From the human T2T-CHM13v2.0 reference genome, Homo sapiens, in assembly GCF_009914755.1 (NCBI RefSeq), contig NC_060925.1: a stretch of DNA of 64,000 bases. One strand, 5' to 3'. Under the pieces are notes generated by a model that worked only from the letters and a program-made list of their open reading frames with translations, did not search any database and had not been told where the DNA came from. The position numbers and the translations under genes were made by a program. This document shows positions 12,774 to 25,585 of the stretch, piece after piece. Within the stretch, counting starts at the first letter, position 1. Each line of letters opens with the position of its first letter.

Positions 12774-13979
12774 GTTCATACTATTGCTTATTGTTGGCAG
12801 AGTGAGTTGTCTACACACTAAGTGGTGTGGGGAAGAGGAGGCATTCCTGGAATAGGACTGCGTGGGATAAACCTGAAAGGAAAATGTCCAATGCCGTGGG
12901 TGAGTGTCCAGATGGGGAGGCCTTTAGACATCACACACACACAGCAGGAGGGGCAGCTTGGGAGAGAAGAAACCCGAGTGGCACATCTAGCCTGATGCCA
13001 CAGTTTCAATTCATGCACTTCTTCCGGTTGGAAACAGTTATAAAAATGTCCAGGGAATTAACAAAGGGGATGCAGGAGAGATATTTGGAGTACGGGATGG
13101 GCATACACATAGCCAAGCATGGGGTTTCAAATTGGTGTTATTCACCTTATTTCTCCTGCTGCCGTGCAGGCAATGAAATTCTCAGTGAGGCAGGCCACAG
13201 ACAGATCAGATGCTCTGTTTTCCTCCTTTCTGACTGCAGCTCAGTTTAGAGGATTGAAAATGCTAGGAGACATCTAGCCTACCCTCTCCCTGCTCACACC
13301 GCACCTTGCCTCAGAGCTGGTTTTGACATCTGTCCTAGAAGACATCATCCATTGCCTTGATTCATGGGTATGAGTCTAAGCAATCTTAACCACTGCTGGG
13401 ATTCCATTTGGACAAGGAAAAGCTTTCTCTGCTTTTCAGAACACTCTACAGAGAAACCCTAACTTTAGTAAGGCTCTGGGGACCCCAGGGGAGATCCAGA
13501 GAAGTAAAGCACCCAGCCCAATGGAGCTTCCAGAATGCATTTTGAGGGACAGTGCTTTAGTTCTTCCTTTGACCTCAGTCTCTTTTGGTCATTCCTTGTC
13601 CCCATTCTACTCCAACTGGAAAGGCTGAGTAGCTGCTCCTGCATATGTCTGTTATTGCAGTGACCCAAAGTAAGAATCTTAAATGAATTTGAAATCCCTT
13701 AAAAAAAGAGTAAAAATAGTCCTAGTGGAAAAGATGGTTCAGGAGTTTCACAGAAGGGAATTAGAAGAAGCCATTACTGACTCAAAGAAAAAGATTACTG
13801 AATAGATAGCAGAAGGTAACCTCTGCCCTACTTTCAGACCAATGAGTAGATATAAATGACATTACACTCTCGCTTCATGAAAAGTAACTGGAGAGTTGAG
13901 ATGAGGTGATTCTTGAAAGAAGGAAAGGCTATTAGATTCCTTACTATTAATGATTAAGGTTCCTCAATTTTTTATTAAC

Positions 13980-16085
13980 CAGCCTTTTTTTCTAATGACA
14001 AAATACATCCTTATGGTACATAATTCAAACTGTAGAGAAGGGAATAAAGTAAGAAGTAAAATTCCTTTTCTCCACTCCACACCCTCCTTCCCACACCTCC
14101 CTGAATACTTCCCTGCAGAAACCACTATTAACAGTTTCTTCTCCATCTTTCTAGAATTGCCTATGTATATTCCAACCTCCTCTGACAATCCTCTTTTTTA
14201 CTCACCCACAAGAGGCCTTCCAACTTGGCATCTCACATCATGATACCGCCTTTGTCTGGGAAGCTCTTCTCCTCTTTGCATGGCTCCCTCATGGCTGCTA
14301 CAACCTTCTCGGAATTGTCAACTACTCAGAGAGGTCTCCTGTGACTTCTCTATTTAAACAACCCCACCACCATCACCATTCTCCACCCTGACACCACCAG
14401 TGTCTGCCCAACCCTTAGCACAATGTCCAGCACACAGTATTTGATCAATACATGACGGATGCGTGAGTACATTAGGTACGTGCGCATGCACACATATGCA
14501 TGTATTCTCCCCACAAAGTATAAAGGGGATGGTATTACAGAGATAATTCTGTAATTTGCTTTCCTACTTCACAACATATAATAAAAAACAATAATGATAA
14601 TATTTCTTAAGCACTTATGTTCCAAGGACTATTCTAAGCATTTTACATGTATTCTTTCATTTAATTCTTACAACAGCCCCTTAAGGTGGTACTAATACTA
14701 CCCGACTTGCCAGATAAGGAAACAAAGAAATGGAGACATGGGGAGGTTAAAACACAGCTTGCAAGTGGTAGAGCCAATACATAAATTTACACTAATCGTA
14801 AAATGGCTGTTTAGCCTTAATTCACATATTAAAATATTTTGTGGCAAAATATACTCAACATAAAATTTATCTTTTTAATAATTTTTAAGTGTACAGCTTA
14901 GTGGCATCAAGTATATTCACATTGTTGTGCAACCATCACCACCATCCATCTCCAGAACTTTCTCATCATCCCAAACTGAAACTCAGTACCCATTAAACAT
15001 TAACTCTCCATGCTCCCCTTCCTCCAGCCCCTGGCAATCACTATGTTATTTCCTGTCTCTATAAATTTGAGCACTGTAGGTCCCTCATAGAAGTAGAATA
15101 ATATAGTATTTGTGCTTTTGGGATTGGTGATGGGTTTGTTGCACTTAGCAAGTCTTCCTTATTAATTAATTAATATCTAATGAATAATTTTATTGAGTAA
15201 AATATTTGAGCGCATGATACAAAATTCAAAAGGCATAGAATAAAAGAGCAAGTTCTCCTTCTACCTCTGTCTCTAGGTACCCCAGGGGCAACCACTCTTC
15301 CTAGTGTCCTTCCAAAGATGTTCTATGCATGTACAATTACATTATTTGTATGAGTCATATATGTATAATATATGTATAGCATACTATACATACTGTTTTG
15401 TTTCTTGCATTTCCCATTTAACTCTATACCTTGGAGATAGTTACATGTCAATGTACATGGAACTGCCCCTCAGTAAACATAATTTACATAATGTATCCAG
15501 CTGTACACTTATAGTATATTCACTTTGTATGTATGTTTCAACAGAAACATAATTTACAGTTCAAAACATAAATTATGTTTTTCTTGAAATATACATACAG
15601 AAAGTGAACAGCTGGATACATTTTCACAAACTGAACATACCCCTATAAACAGTACCCTGAAGAAGAAACATTACCAGCATTACTAGTTTCCCAAGTCTCT
15701 CATTTTTTATTCCAGACGTTACTCACCGTCACCAATGGTAACTACTCTCCTGACTTAACAGAATAGATTAGTTTTGCGTATTCCTGTAGTTTTGTTGTTG
15801 TGGTGGTTTGTTTGTCTGTTTGTTTGTTTTTTAGAGACAGGATCTTGCTCTGTTGCCCAGGCTGTAGTGGCACAATCATATCTCACTATAACCTCCAACT
15901 CCTGGGACTCCTGGGCTTAAGTGATCCTTCTGCCTCGGCCTCCCAAACTGCTGGCATTAAAGGTGTGAGACACTGCACCAAGCCCTGTTCATGTAGTTTT
16001 TATGAAAATAATCCTGCTGTATACACTCTTATGTTTGGCACATTTCACTCATCCTTACGCCTATGAGATTCACCCACGTCGCTGA
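13980..16085 (-). mobile_element. Cluster of ancient L1M 3' ends with L2, MIR (14590-14790) and an Alu monomer (15825-15984)
   Basis: L1MB-type tttaagtgtacag..ccatctccagaactttctcatcatcccaaactgaaactc at 14830-15150; L1ME-type accactattaacagttt; FLAM/AluJ-type monomer. Confidence 0.7.
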
Positions 16086-18465
16086 CCTTCAGTTGATCCT
16101 TAACAACATCTTTGGATAGGTGAAGGCCCTTGCAGCTGTGGATGAGCCCAGCTGGCATGAGGTCTTACATGTCATACCCACCTTCTCTCAGTCTTGCCCT
16201 CACAACCTTTGAATTTCTATAAAGTGCTTTGTAAATGCCTTAAAGAGTCCACATGTATCCAAAATTCATCTCCAGATGTATCTAATGATGAAAACCAGCA
16301 GCCCGGAGCTGAGGTTTGTGTAAAGTTACATCAGAGTGAGGAGGGGGGAAGGAGCACAGCCTTCCCATTCTGATCAGTGTCTCTGTGGCCACAGCTCAAT
16401 AAGACTTGCTTTTTGAGGCCTCATCCACTCAGCCCAGAACTCAAATCTCAAATTCCCCAAACATGAGGAATCATGACAAAGCACTGGTTTGCATTCTCTT
16501 GGCAAATGTTACTTTAAAAGTAGAGTCAAAACTACTTCCAAGTAAAGAGCAAAGCAGCTTTAACCAATATCAGCAAAGGGTCTAAGAAAAAAGATGTGGC
16601 TAATGTATTCCGTCTGTTTGTTTGCTTTCTTGTGCCCTAAGACTCAGGAGAAAATATCAGTTTGGGAAAGAAGTCATAACACATGGGGCAGGAACAAAAT
16701 ACCAACAGAGCGAAGTTGCACACGCTGTCCAACCTGGTGGCCTGCTTATGAATTTGAAATCCCAGACCTTCACATGAGTCCCCAGCCTCACCCCATCCCT
16801 AGCCTGGCACAGACAGGAATATCTATTTCCAGATATGAGCTGTTACATAGCAGAACCAATCTGTACATCCGTGTGGGGCCAATCGTCAGTGCTCTGATTG
16901 GCTCATCAGCCAACATGCAGGGCTGCATTCCTGTGGTTCACCCTTCCAGAAGGGCCTTTCCCAACACCACATGCTGCCTGTGCTGTGTCCAGCAGGAGAG
17001 GGGGAGGCAAATGATGTGTCTCATGGCACCACAGGCTCTGTTTTACCAGAATAATACTGTTCTTTGGCCCACTGCATCCGTTCTCCCCACATGGGCCTTT
17101 TCCTCACGTGGACCCTAAAAGACCACTTCTCTATTTACCTGCCAACCTGTAACAGATAATTATAGTGGCTGCCAGATATCCCTTCAAATTGGTCATGATC
17201 TCATTCGGTTATTCTAGCAGCAAAAAAGTTACAGAAAACCCAAGATAATATTAAAAAAAGAAAATCATCCCCTGGCTTTCACCTTTCTTGTGGCAGGCAA
17301 GAAAAGGTAGGAAGAATAAGCATAGGAAAAGAAAAGTAAGAGCTTGTGGGGCAAGTTGAAAACAAACCTTACCAAGTCCAGAAAGAATTTTCCATTTAAA
17401 TGCTTTATAACAATTTTCTCTGATGAGTAGTAGAATGCTGAATAAGACATGTTACTTTTTAGTGACTTTTCAATCTGGCATCTATTGAAAGGTGTTTTAT
17501 ACCCACTGCAGCCAAGAGGAGAGGGTGCAGGGGAGATCACATACTCTCCCAGCAAGGCAGGGATAGAAAGCCCCTGTCACCAGGGGCTGCCGTTTCTCTG
17601 GCCCAGGAACCTGTGGAGGCTACTCCTGGATAACTAGACACTGTTCAGCTGTATTGCATGCAATTATATCACATTCCTTCCTGGAAACTTCTCCAAAAAG
17701 AGAGCAGAGATGAGAAACACTCATAGAGAAAGCTTTCACTGGGGCACACAAGCTGAACTGGCAGGAATCTGAAGAAGGCAAAGCAATGGAATGTTAACCT
17801 CGAATGAGTGAACAGGAGATAAGAAAACATCAGCTGACAGAGCAAACACCCCGGAAATGTGACCTGCCTACCCTGGGAATGGCTAGAGCTCTTGAACTAG
17901 CCTTTAAATGGAAAGTTCTTCCTGACTCGGGTTTTGAAACCAAGACTGAGCAAAAGCCTCAGTCTTCATTCCTGAGATGAAGTTTAGAGTGCAAAAGATT
18001 TCGAATGCAAAAGATTTTGAGAGTTGGTTAGAGCCCGAGGACAAGCCTCTTGTGAACAGAAGTTCCAAGAGTCAACAGTAGCTGGCAGCAGACAACCTCT
18101 TCAGGCTGAAGGGTGGCAGAACCCAAGATGGCTAGTGCAGAAGACATCTGAGAGATGGCCCAAGGCTGTCCTTTGCTTTTCAAATGAGGAAAAGGTCCAG
18201 AAAGGGCTGTCTAAGGTCACATAGCTGGTTAATGACAGAGCTGGGAGTAGAGCCACATTGAGCTAAGTTGTATTCCTACATCTCTACCAATGTGTAACCC
18301 AAATCAAAATAATTGGGGGGCAGAAGAAAGGGGAAAAGTTATGGTCTTTGAAAGTCATTAGTAATCCTATCATTAGACACATAATTAATATCATTTGCCA
18401 AGATACTAATGTCTTAAATGTGAGAGGCAATGTCTATTGCACTAATGAGGTGACTGGTACCATGG

Positions 18466-18475
18466 CCATTTATGG
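18466..18475. promoter_or_regulatory. Perfect CArG box (SRF site)
   Basis: CCATTTATGG = CC(A/T)6GG in unique sequence. Confidence 0.4.
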
Positions 18476-18676
18476 CAGATATATTTTTTCAAATTTAAGA
18501 CTTTAGCATACACATATACATATGGAGAGAGAAAGAGAGAGTTGATTTACATATATATTTCCCATCTAAACACACACCTTGACCATTTTGCCAGGAAAAT
18601 AACCAAACAACTTCCATTGAGGTATACAAAGAATGATGACAAAGTTACGTGGCTTATAGTTTAAAAAGAAAGTTTA

Positions 18677-18980
<304 letters not shown>

Positions 18981-20214
18981 GAAAGACAGTTTAAAAACAA
19001 AATTGCTTGGGTCCCTCCACCTTGCCTTTTCACTCTCTATTAGTTTTTAAAGAGTGGCTTGAGTCACAGTGAAGGTGGAGAAAAAGCAGAAGCAAAGACA
19101 GAAGCCCATTCAATCAGGACTACATATGCCCTCGCAGGTGAGGAACAGTTGGCCCAATTGTGAAGTCTCCAGGCTGGGGCAAGGAGGGAAGGCATGCCCA
19201 GGAAAAGCATGGGTGAGCTGGGATAGTTTCTATGCTTATTTCTGAAGGCCCATCAAGGAACCAAGAGAAACTAGAATGTCCTGTTGAGGGAGGATGCAGA
19301 CTTTTTCCCTCATTGTTTCCTAATGTAGGTTAGAACACTGATGGTCTAGAACACTGAAAAAGATCTTTTGTATTCTATTCAAGATAGATGAATGACAGTA
19401 CAGTCACAGCCAGTTAGAGCTAGAAGGACCTCATAAGTCACCTAGTCTGACATCTTCATTTTCCAGATCAAAAAATGGGGTGCAGATAGATCTAGCAACT
19501 TGATTAAGGTGGCCACAAGCTCTCAGAGTGTGTTTTGCCAACCTCTAGTGGGTATATTGGGGCTGGGGGGTGGGGTGCACAGACAGCAAGCACTCCAACA
19601 GGTCTGTAGATCTTTCAAAATGCAAGCCAAAATGCACAAAGGTGTGTGCAGAGTACCTCCCTGGTTGGTTTCATAAATTAACTTGAAAATTAAATTGTTA
19701 CAATTATAATAATTATCCAGTCTTCCAAAAGTATTCATCTGGAGTGTAAGCACTTTAAACATGATCTTCTGTTCTCCTAAAGGTGCTGGAGCATGGGAAG
19801 GCTAGCCCGCTGCCAGCCACATGGAGTGGGAGGATCACGGAGCCTGAAGCTGAGAGGCCACAGCACTGCACCTGACATATATTACCAACTTGCCATGCAA
19901 CTTCATCTCATTGACTCCGCATTCCCATTTTTTGGAGTGGATCACCTGCAGTTCCCTTGACAACTGAGTGTCTGTATTTTTCTGTATCGTCCAGTGTGAT
20001 GACAACTGTCTACACAACCAAGTCTGGCCAGCACTGAACACACTCAGCTTCCCCACAGTGCTCCAAGTCTCAAAGCCCAAACTGCAGCCAAATCTTGGCA
20101 GTGTTGTCCTCTGGTCAGGCCAGAGCACCTTTCTGAAGGACCTTTCTGAACATTTTTAGACCATTCGATGAATGACCCTAAATTCTTGGCGCATAATTGG
20201 GACTGCTGCCATCA

Positions 20215-20430
20215 CGCCAGAAACATTTATTAAGCACTTACTGTGTACAGTGCTCAAGACCTGCCATCTTGTTTCCATCTTGACAACAATGATGCACAGT
20301 AGGGGTTGTCATTCCCCGTTTCAGAGAAGAGTAAAGCTCAGCAGTGGCCCAGTAACTTGCCCAAGGCCACACAGCTACTGGGTGGCAGAACTGAATTAAA
20401 CCCTCCACTTTTTGACTCTAACACCTTTGC
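20215..20430 (-). mobile_element. MIR
   Basis: aacatttattaagcacttactgtg..gtaacttgcccaaggccacacagct. Confidence 0.8.
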
Positions 20431-20819
20431 CTCCCTCCTTAGGGCGCAGGCACACCCAGCCAGGCTGAGAGGCACTCAGGCACTCTCGAACTTCATGTTT
20501 GTCATGCATACATATGACTTCCTTCGACTTCTCTGCAAATTTCCACCATATGCATTTCCATAGCAACATTGCAACACAAACACGGTGTAATCTTTGTCCA
20601 CTGCAGTACATAGCTTGAAAGGTTTTTTTGTTTTGTTTTGTTGTTTTGTTTTAAATAAAAAGGAGCTGCATATGTATACAGCTGACCTAGATCCCATGGC
20701 AACAAATAACAGATATAAACTTGGGTTCTTTTCCTTTCCTTTCCTTTCTCTAAATCTTTTTATTCTTTTCTCTTGTATGGTAATAGTTTAGAACATCAAA
20801 AACTGGGTTGCACCATTTG

Positions 20820-21290
20820 CGATTAAGCAGGGCCCCTATTCGGTGACCGCTGCGCCGCCAGCCTGGCGCGGGCCTCCTGCAAGACAATGGCCACGACCTG
20901 ACGCGCGAGCGCCAGCCCCAGCCCGGGAGTCACGCCGCTGGCGCTTGACGCACGCGGAGACCCGGGGGCCGTGCCCCAGCTTTGTGGAACCTGAGGGCGG
21001 CTCGGGTCAGGTCGGTCCCCGCGGGAGGACAGGCGCGACCCGTCCCTCAGGACCGACGGCGTGTGGCTGCGGGGGCATGGGGTGCCCCTCTCGGCCCGGT
21101 CGCTCCAGCGAGGGGACGCTGGTAAGTCCCACCCCTGCCATCGCCGCGGGCCTCCTGGGCACGCCCGGCCGCGGGCCCCAGATTACCCTCCCGGCGACCC
21201 TCCAGGCGGTATTGCTGTCAGACACATTTTACAAATGCAACCCTCCAGCCTAACGAAGGCCAGCACCTGGCCCACGCCCACAGGCTGGGA
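20820..21290. promoter_or_regulatory. CpG island with promoter-like motifs, no recognisable host gene
   Basis: Only dense CpG/GC-rich unique block in the window. TGACG half-CRE sites at 20899 and 20946, GC box GGGCGG at 20995, consensus donor CTG|GTAAGT at 21121/21122. Confidence 0.85.
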
Positions 21291-21560
21291 AGGGAGAGTG
21301 CAGGGATTAGAATCCAGCACTTTTTAAAGATTTTGTTTCACTCTACTTCCCGTGGCTCCTCGCCCCAAGGGCACTGTGGAACTATCTCTGCCCAGGATCA
21401 CTTATCTGAAGCCGGTGTTATGCTTCCTTCCCGGGCAGTCCCTGGGTGCAGCTTCCGGACGGGCTAGCTTGGGAGGCATTCCTTTCCCTGGCTGATGCAG
21501 GAAGGTGGGTTTGTCTGTCTGTGGTCCCTGGTTCTCCCCTCTGATTCTCCCTCTTCCCAG

Positions 21561-21703
21561 AGCCCCAGCTTTTAAAGGCTTCATATTCCTGACAAATGGA
21601 GATCCACTGACATGAAGAAATTCTCAAGCAACTAGGCAACTGGGATTGTGCAGGGGCTTGCCCCTGATCCTATAGTAAAAGGTCCAGCCCTCACTAGCTG
21701 AAG
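21561..21703 (+). ncRNA. Candidate internal exon of a CpG-island-driven spliced transcript
   Basis: Acceptor TTCTCCCCTCTGATTCTCCCTCTTCCCAG| and donor AAG|GTGAGG, 143 nt apart; stops in all three frames. Confidence 0.45.
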
Positions 21704-21879
21704 GTGAGGAGGAATTTCATTGGGGAAATGTCATTCTTTGTTTCACTGTCATGAATCCAGTGAAACTTATTATCACCAGAAATGCCCCTTGGCTGCTTCC
21801 TCGCTGAAATTGTGCTGAGGTATCTGATGGCCCACTGAGGTAGTGGATAGGAGGTTGGACAGCCAAGTGGTGATAAGAA

Positions 21880-22110
21880 AACCTACCATTTCGGTAGTAC
21901 TCACTCGGTGCCAGGTGCTCTGAGCAGCTCTCTATAACACTGCCTCCTCACAAACCCCAAAGGCAGGATTATTATACTATTATATAGTCATAATATTAAT
22001 ATGAATATGATACTATTAATAATAAATTTATTCTTGCTTACCACGTGAGGGATCCAAAGCTTGAAGAGGTCACCTATCCTGTCTAGATCCCACTTCCGAC
22101 TCTAGAGCCT
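21880..22110 (-). mobile_element. MIR with AT-rich insert
   Basis: gtgccaggtgctc..aggcaggattattat..gactctagagcc. Confidence 0.55.
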
Positions 22111-23682
22111 GTCCAGGAGTGATTTCCCCATAGAAGGGAAAGGGGGCTGCTCAGCAGAGAAACAGAAATAAGATTGTGCCAGGAGAGATCGCATTATTCC
22201 TCAGACTCAAAGGCCGATTTGCACACCTTTACGATAGGTAGAGGGAGAAGAGTGGAAACACCCCTATCTCTTTGTCCAAACCCACAGCGAGATCCAAGGC
22301 TCAGTCAGGAAGGCTCTTCATTTAGTCAATTGTTTTCTGTTTTCAGAACTAAAGTGGAAATGACCCAGTGAGGAAGGAAAATAAGCACAGAATAAGCATG
22401 ATCTGCCTTGGTCACACAATTAAAATACATAACGCTGCTAAAGGTACACCACTCTTCCACCCACCCCTTCAGAGTGAGAAAGGCCCTTTTTGCCCTGGAA
22501 GCCTACTGAAGCATTCTACTGGGGAAGTATTCTACTGAAATATTCTAGTGGGGAAGTCCCTGCCGCTTCTGAAGGAACACTGAAAGAAACCTTATTCCTT
22601 AGAGTACAGTCACCCAGAGGGTTTATTCTAGAAATGCAGAGAGGCATTAGAGATGGTATGTGAACAAAAGCAGGGCAGAGGATGCACGCCCAGATGCTGT
22701 CTTGGCCAGGCTGCAATTCGAATGATCTAATGTTTTCTGGCTTCTTATTGCTTTGCTTTTCCAATTTGGTTTGGATATTTGCATTACTGTATTATTTTCC
22801 CTGTACAATTGCTGTTGTCTGTACACAATTAGGTCATTTTCACAGTTGGGTGAGGACACACTTCAGAAGTGAGATGAGCTACAGCTGCTAGCTGGCTCTC
22901 TCCTGGGATGTGTACTTAGATCCCTTTCTTGTTGGTCCCAAAGACTACCTGTACCCAGGACCTGAAAATTTTAATCTAAGTCATCTAATGAGTGGAAAGA
23001 ACTACAGCATCCCCTTGTAATGGTAGGTAAGAGATATCTTGTAAGTTTTGGGTTGATTTGCTGATCAATGGTTCCTTGGGCCTAACCCCATATTGTTAAG
23101 CTCCAAACAAAAGAAAGGACTGTTTCCCAGTTGCTTGTGGCTTCTTGGTCCATGAAGTTCTGCTGAAATGGACCCTGGGCAAGGAAAAAAAAGGGAAGTT
23201 ATAGAGCGGAGGAAGCGTAAGCTGCCCCTAGACGTGAGCCCAGAATTTTACAAGCAAGTATAGAAGCTGGCCTTTGAACAAGGACCTTGAAGAGTGAGAA
23301 AAAAGGGATCCCAAAGGAATGGAGGCTTATTGTGCAGATGAATACTGATTATGGCCATGTTCACAAAGTACACTGCAACACCTCAACAGTGTAAAATCTC
23401 ACTAATACATACCCCACTAATTCAGCCTTCTCAACTCTCTGGAATATGTGGCCTTTTGGGTAAAGCCAGGGCTAAAATTCACTTTTGTGCTATCTCCAAA
23501 AATGAAGTTGGGCTAAACAAATAGAAAGGACAGGCTGCTATTAAAGTCACTGGGGAAGCCCGTGACTCTTTAAGTTCATAATCAGACATGATAGTATCCA
23601 CCTCATTAAATGCCCCATTATGGGCAGGACCATCTCTCTGGCTCAGCTTGTTTCCTATTTGCTTCCTCTCGTGGTACCTTAG

Positions 23683-24042
<360 letters not shown>

Positions 24043-24059
24043 CTTTTCTCTTTTTATCT

Positions 24060-25210
24060 AAATTATTCATTCATCATTTATGCAATAGATATTGTGCTCC
24101 TTCTATAACTCAAGCATGTGCTAAATGCTGGAGTTACAACAAGTAAATACGGAACGTTTGCTCTCAGGGAGGTCATAGTCTAATGTGGAAAACTGATGAT
24201 AAAGTGTGATGGACATGGAGACCCACATCCAAGCATGAAGTGATGCCTGAATGATGAGGCAGCTAAGACTCAGAGAAACTGAAGACTTTTTCCAAGTTCT
24301 CTCAGTTGGCTGATGACAGGGTTGGAACTGAAGAGATCAGTCAGAACAAAAGCCTGGTCTTCTGCCACTACCTCCTTGAGATTTCCCAGACTCCCACGTT
24401 TGGGGGCTTCTCCTCTTGTTCTTTCTATCCAGTTGCACGTAGTTCATACTCACTCTTTTCCTAGCACTGATCTATTCCTACCTCAGTAGAATTCACATTT
24501 ATCACTAAAGCCAGGCATCTGCCCTACCTCCCTCTAAGGATTGATGTGCTGATAAATTGAGCTAATCAATGTAAAAGTACTTTAAGAAGTACACTGCAAC
24601 ACAAACCTAAGTCCCAAAACCACAATCTAATTAACATATTAATTTAATCAATGAATCAGTCAAAATATCAATCACAAATTAATACTAGGTTCTGTGGGAG
24701 ATAAGGCATGTCTTCATATACAGCATGGCCCCATCCCTAAAGGAATTTATGGATGAGTTGGTGGTAAAAAGTTAAAGAAGAAAGAAAGTAGGCATTTATT
24801 GAGTGCCTATCATGTAGTATGCACTGTGCTATCTGCTTTTCCTTATATTATCTCACAATAATCCTCACAACATTCTAGGAGGTAGTCATTATTTTCTTCA
24901 ATGTTTGGATAGAATGTTTCGATAGAATGCCCTCCCCCAATGCCTCTCTGTTCGAGCACAACATGGCATAATAGCTAAAAAGCCTTGGATCAGGGCTCAA
25001 ACTGAATTTGTATCCAGGCACTGCCAATTACTTTCTGTATACTCTGAGGAAATTGCTCAAATTTTCTGCACCTCAGTTATAAAATCAGGAAGATAAGAAT
25101 AGTACCAATTGTATGCTTTGTTGTAAGGATAAGGTGACCATATATGTTGACGTATTTGCCACAGTGGCTGGTCCAGAGTAAGCACTAGATAAAAGCTAAG
25201 ATATTATTAT
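24060..25210. mobile_element. L2/MIR fragment cluster
   Basis: attcattcatcattta..; catttattgagtgcctatcatg..; cacctcagttataaaat..gtaagcact. Confidence 0.6.
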
Positions 25211-25419
25211 TACTATCCAGCTCCAACTCCTTTTTATCTGCAGTCTTCCCAGATCTCCTATCGAAATTAGTCTCTTTTACCTCTGTATCTTCACATTACT
25301 ATAGGCATGCTTCTCATCATGTTCATATGTGTACCTGATTATTACTGCTTAGCACAGAAAAAATAATAAATGTAGGTGATTAGATGAATGTCTCCCAGAA
25401 TGATATCACATGCTCATAG

Positions 25420-25535
25420 AAGGAAGGAAGTATTGTGTTTCTAGCTATAAGGCAGACAAAATGCCTGGATATTATAGATAAAGTATACTTTCAAATGCCT
25501 AGTCAACTCTCATGTAAATTGGAGAAACCCCCAAG

Positions 25536-25585
<50 letters not shown>

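Larger units (their letters stand above)
10620..13800. promoter_or_regulatory. Putative TEAD/AP-1 enhancer cluster
   Basis: TEAD sites TGGAATGT 10757, ACATTCC 10790, GCATTCCA 12095, AGGAATGT 12320, GCATTCCT 12841. AP-1 TGACTCA at 12335 and 13778. Largely repeat-poor sequence. Confidence 0.5.

Noticed and set aside
12066-13249. 138-aa and 140-aa ORFs
   Set aside because: No homology recognised; the region is better explained as regulatory DNA
16594-17118. 174-aa ATG-initiated ORF in unique sequence
   Set aside because: No recognisable domain, composition typical of random frames, no supporting exon structure; would need Ribo-seq or conservation
19137-19783. Possible donor CAG|GTGAGG (19137) and acceptor near 19782
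   Set aside because: Isolated signals with no identifiable promoter or coherent exon chain
20843-21253. 136-aa ORF across the CpG island
   Set aside because: Starts at GTG; Pro/Arg/Gly/Ala-rich as expected from stop-poor GC-rich DNA. Only the internal ATG was kept, as a speculative finding.
23168-23263. 31-aa basic small ORF (MDPGQGKKREVIERRKRKLPLD..) resembling a nuclear localisation signal
   Set aside because: Purine-rich DNA yields K/R/E runs by chance; no splice or promoter support
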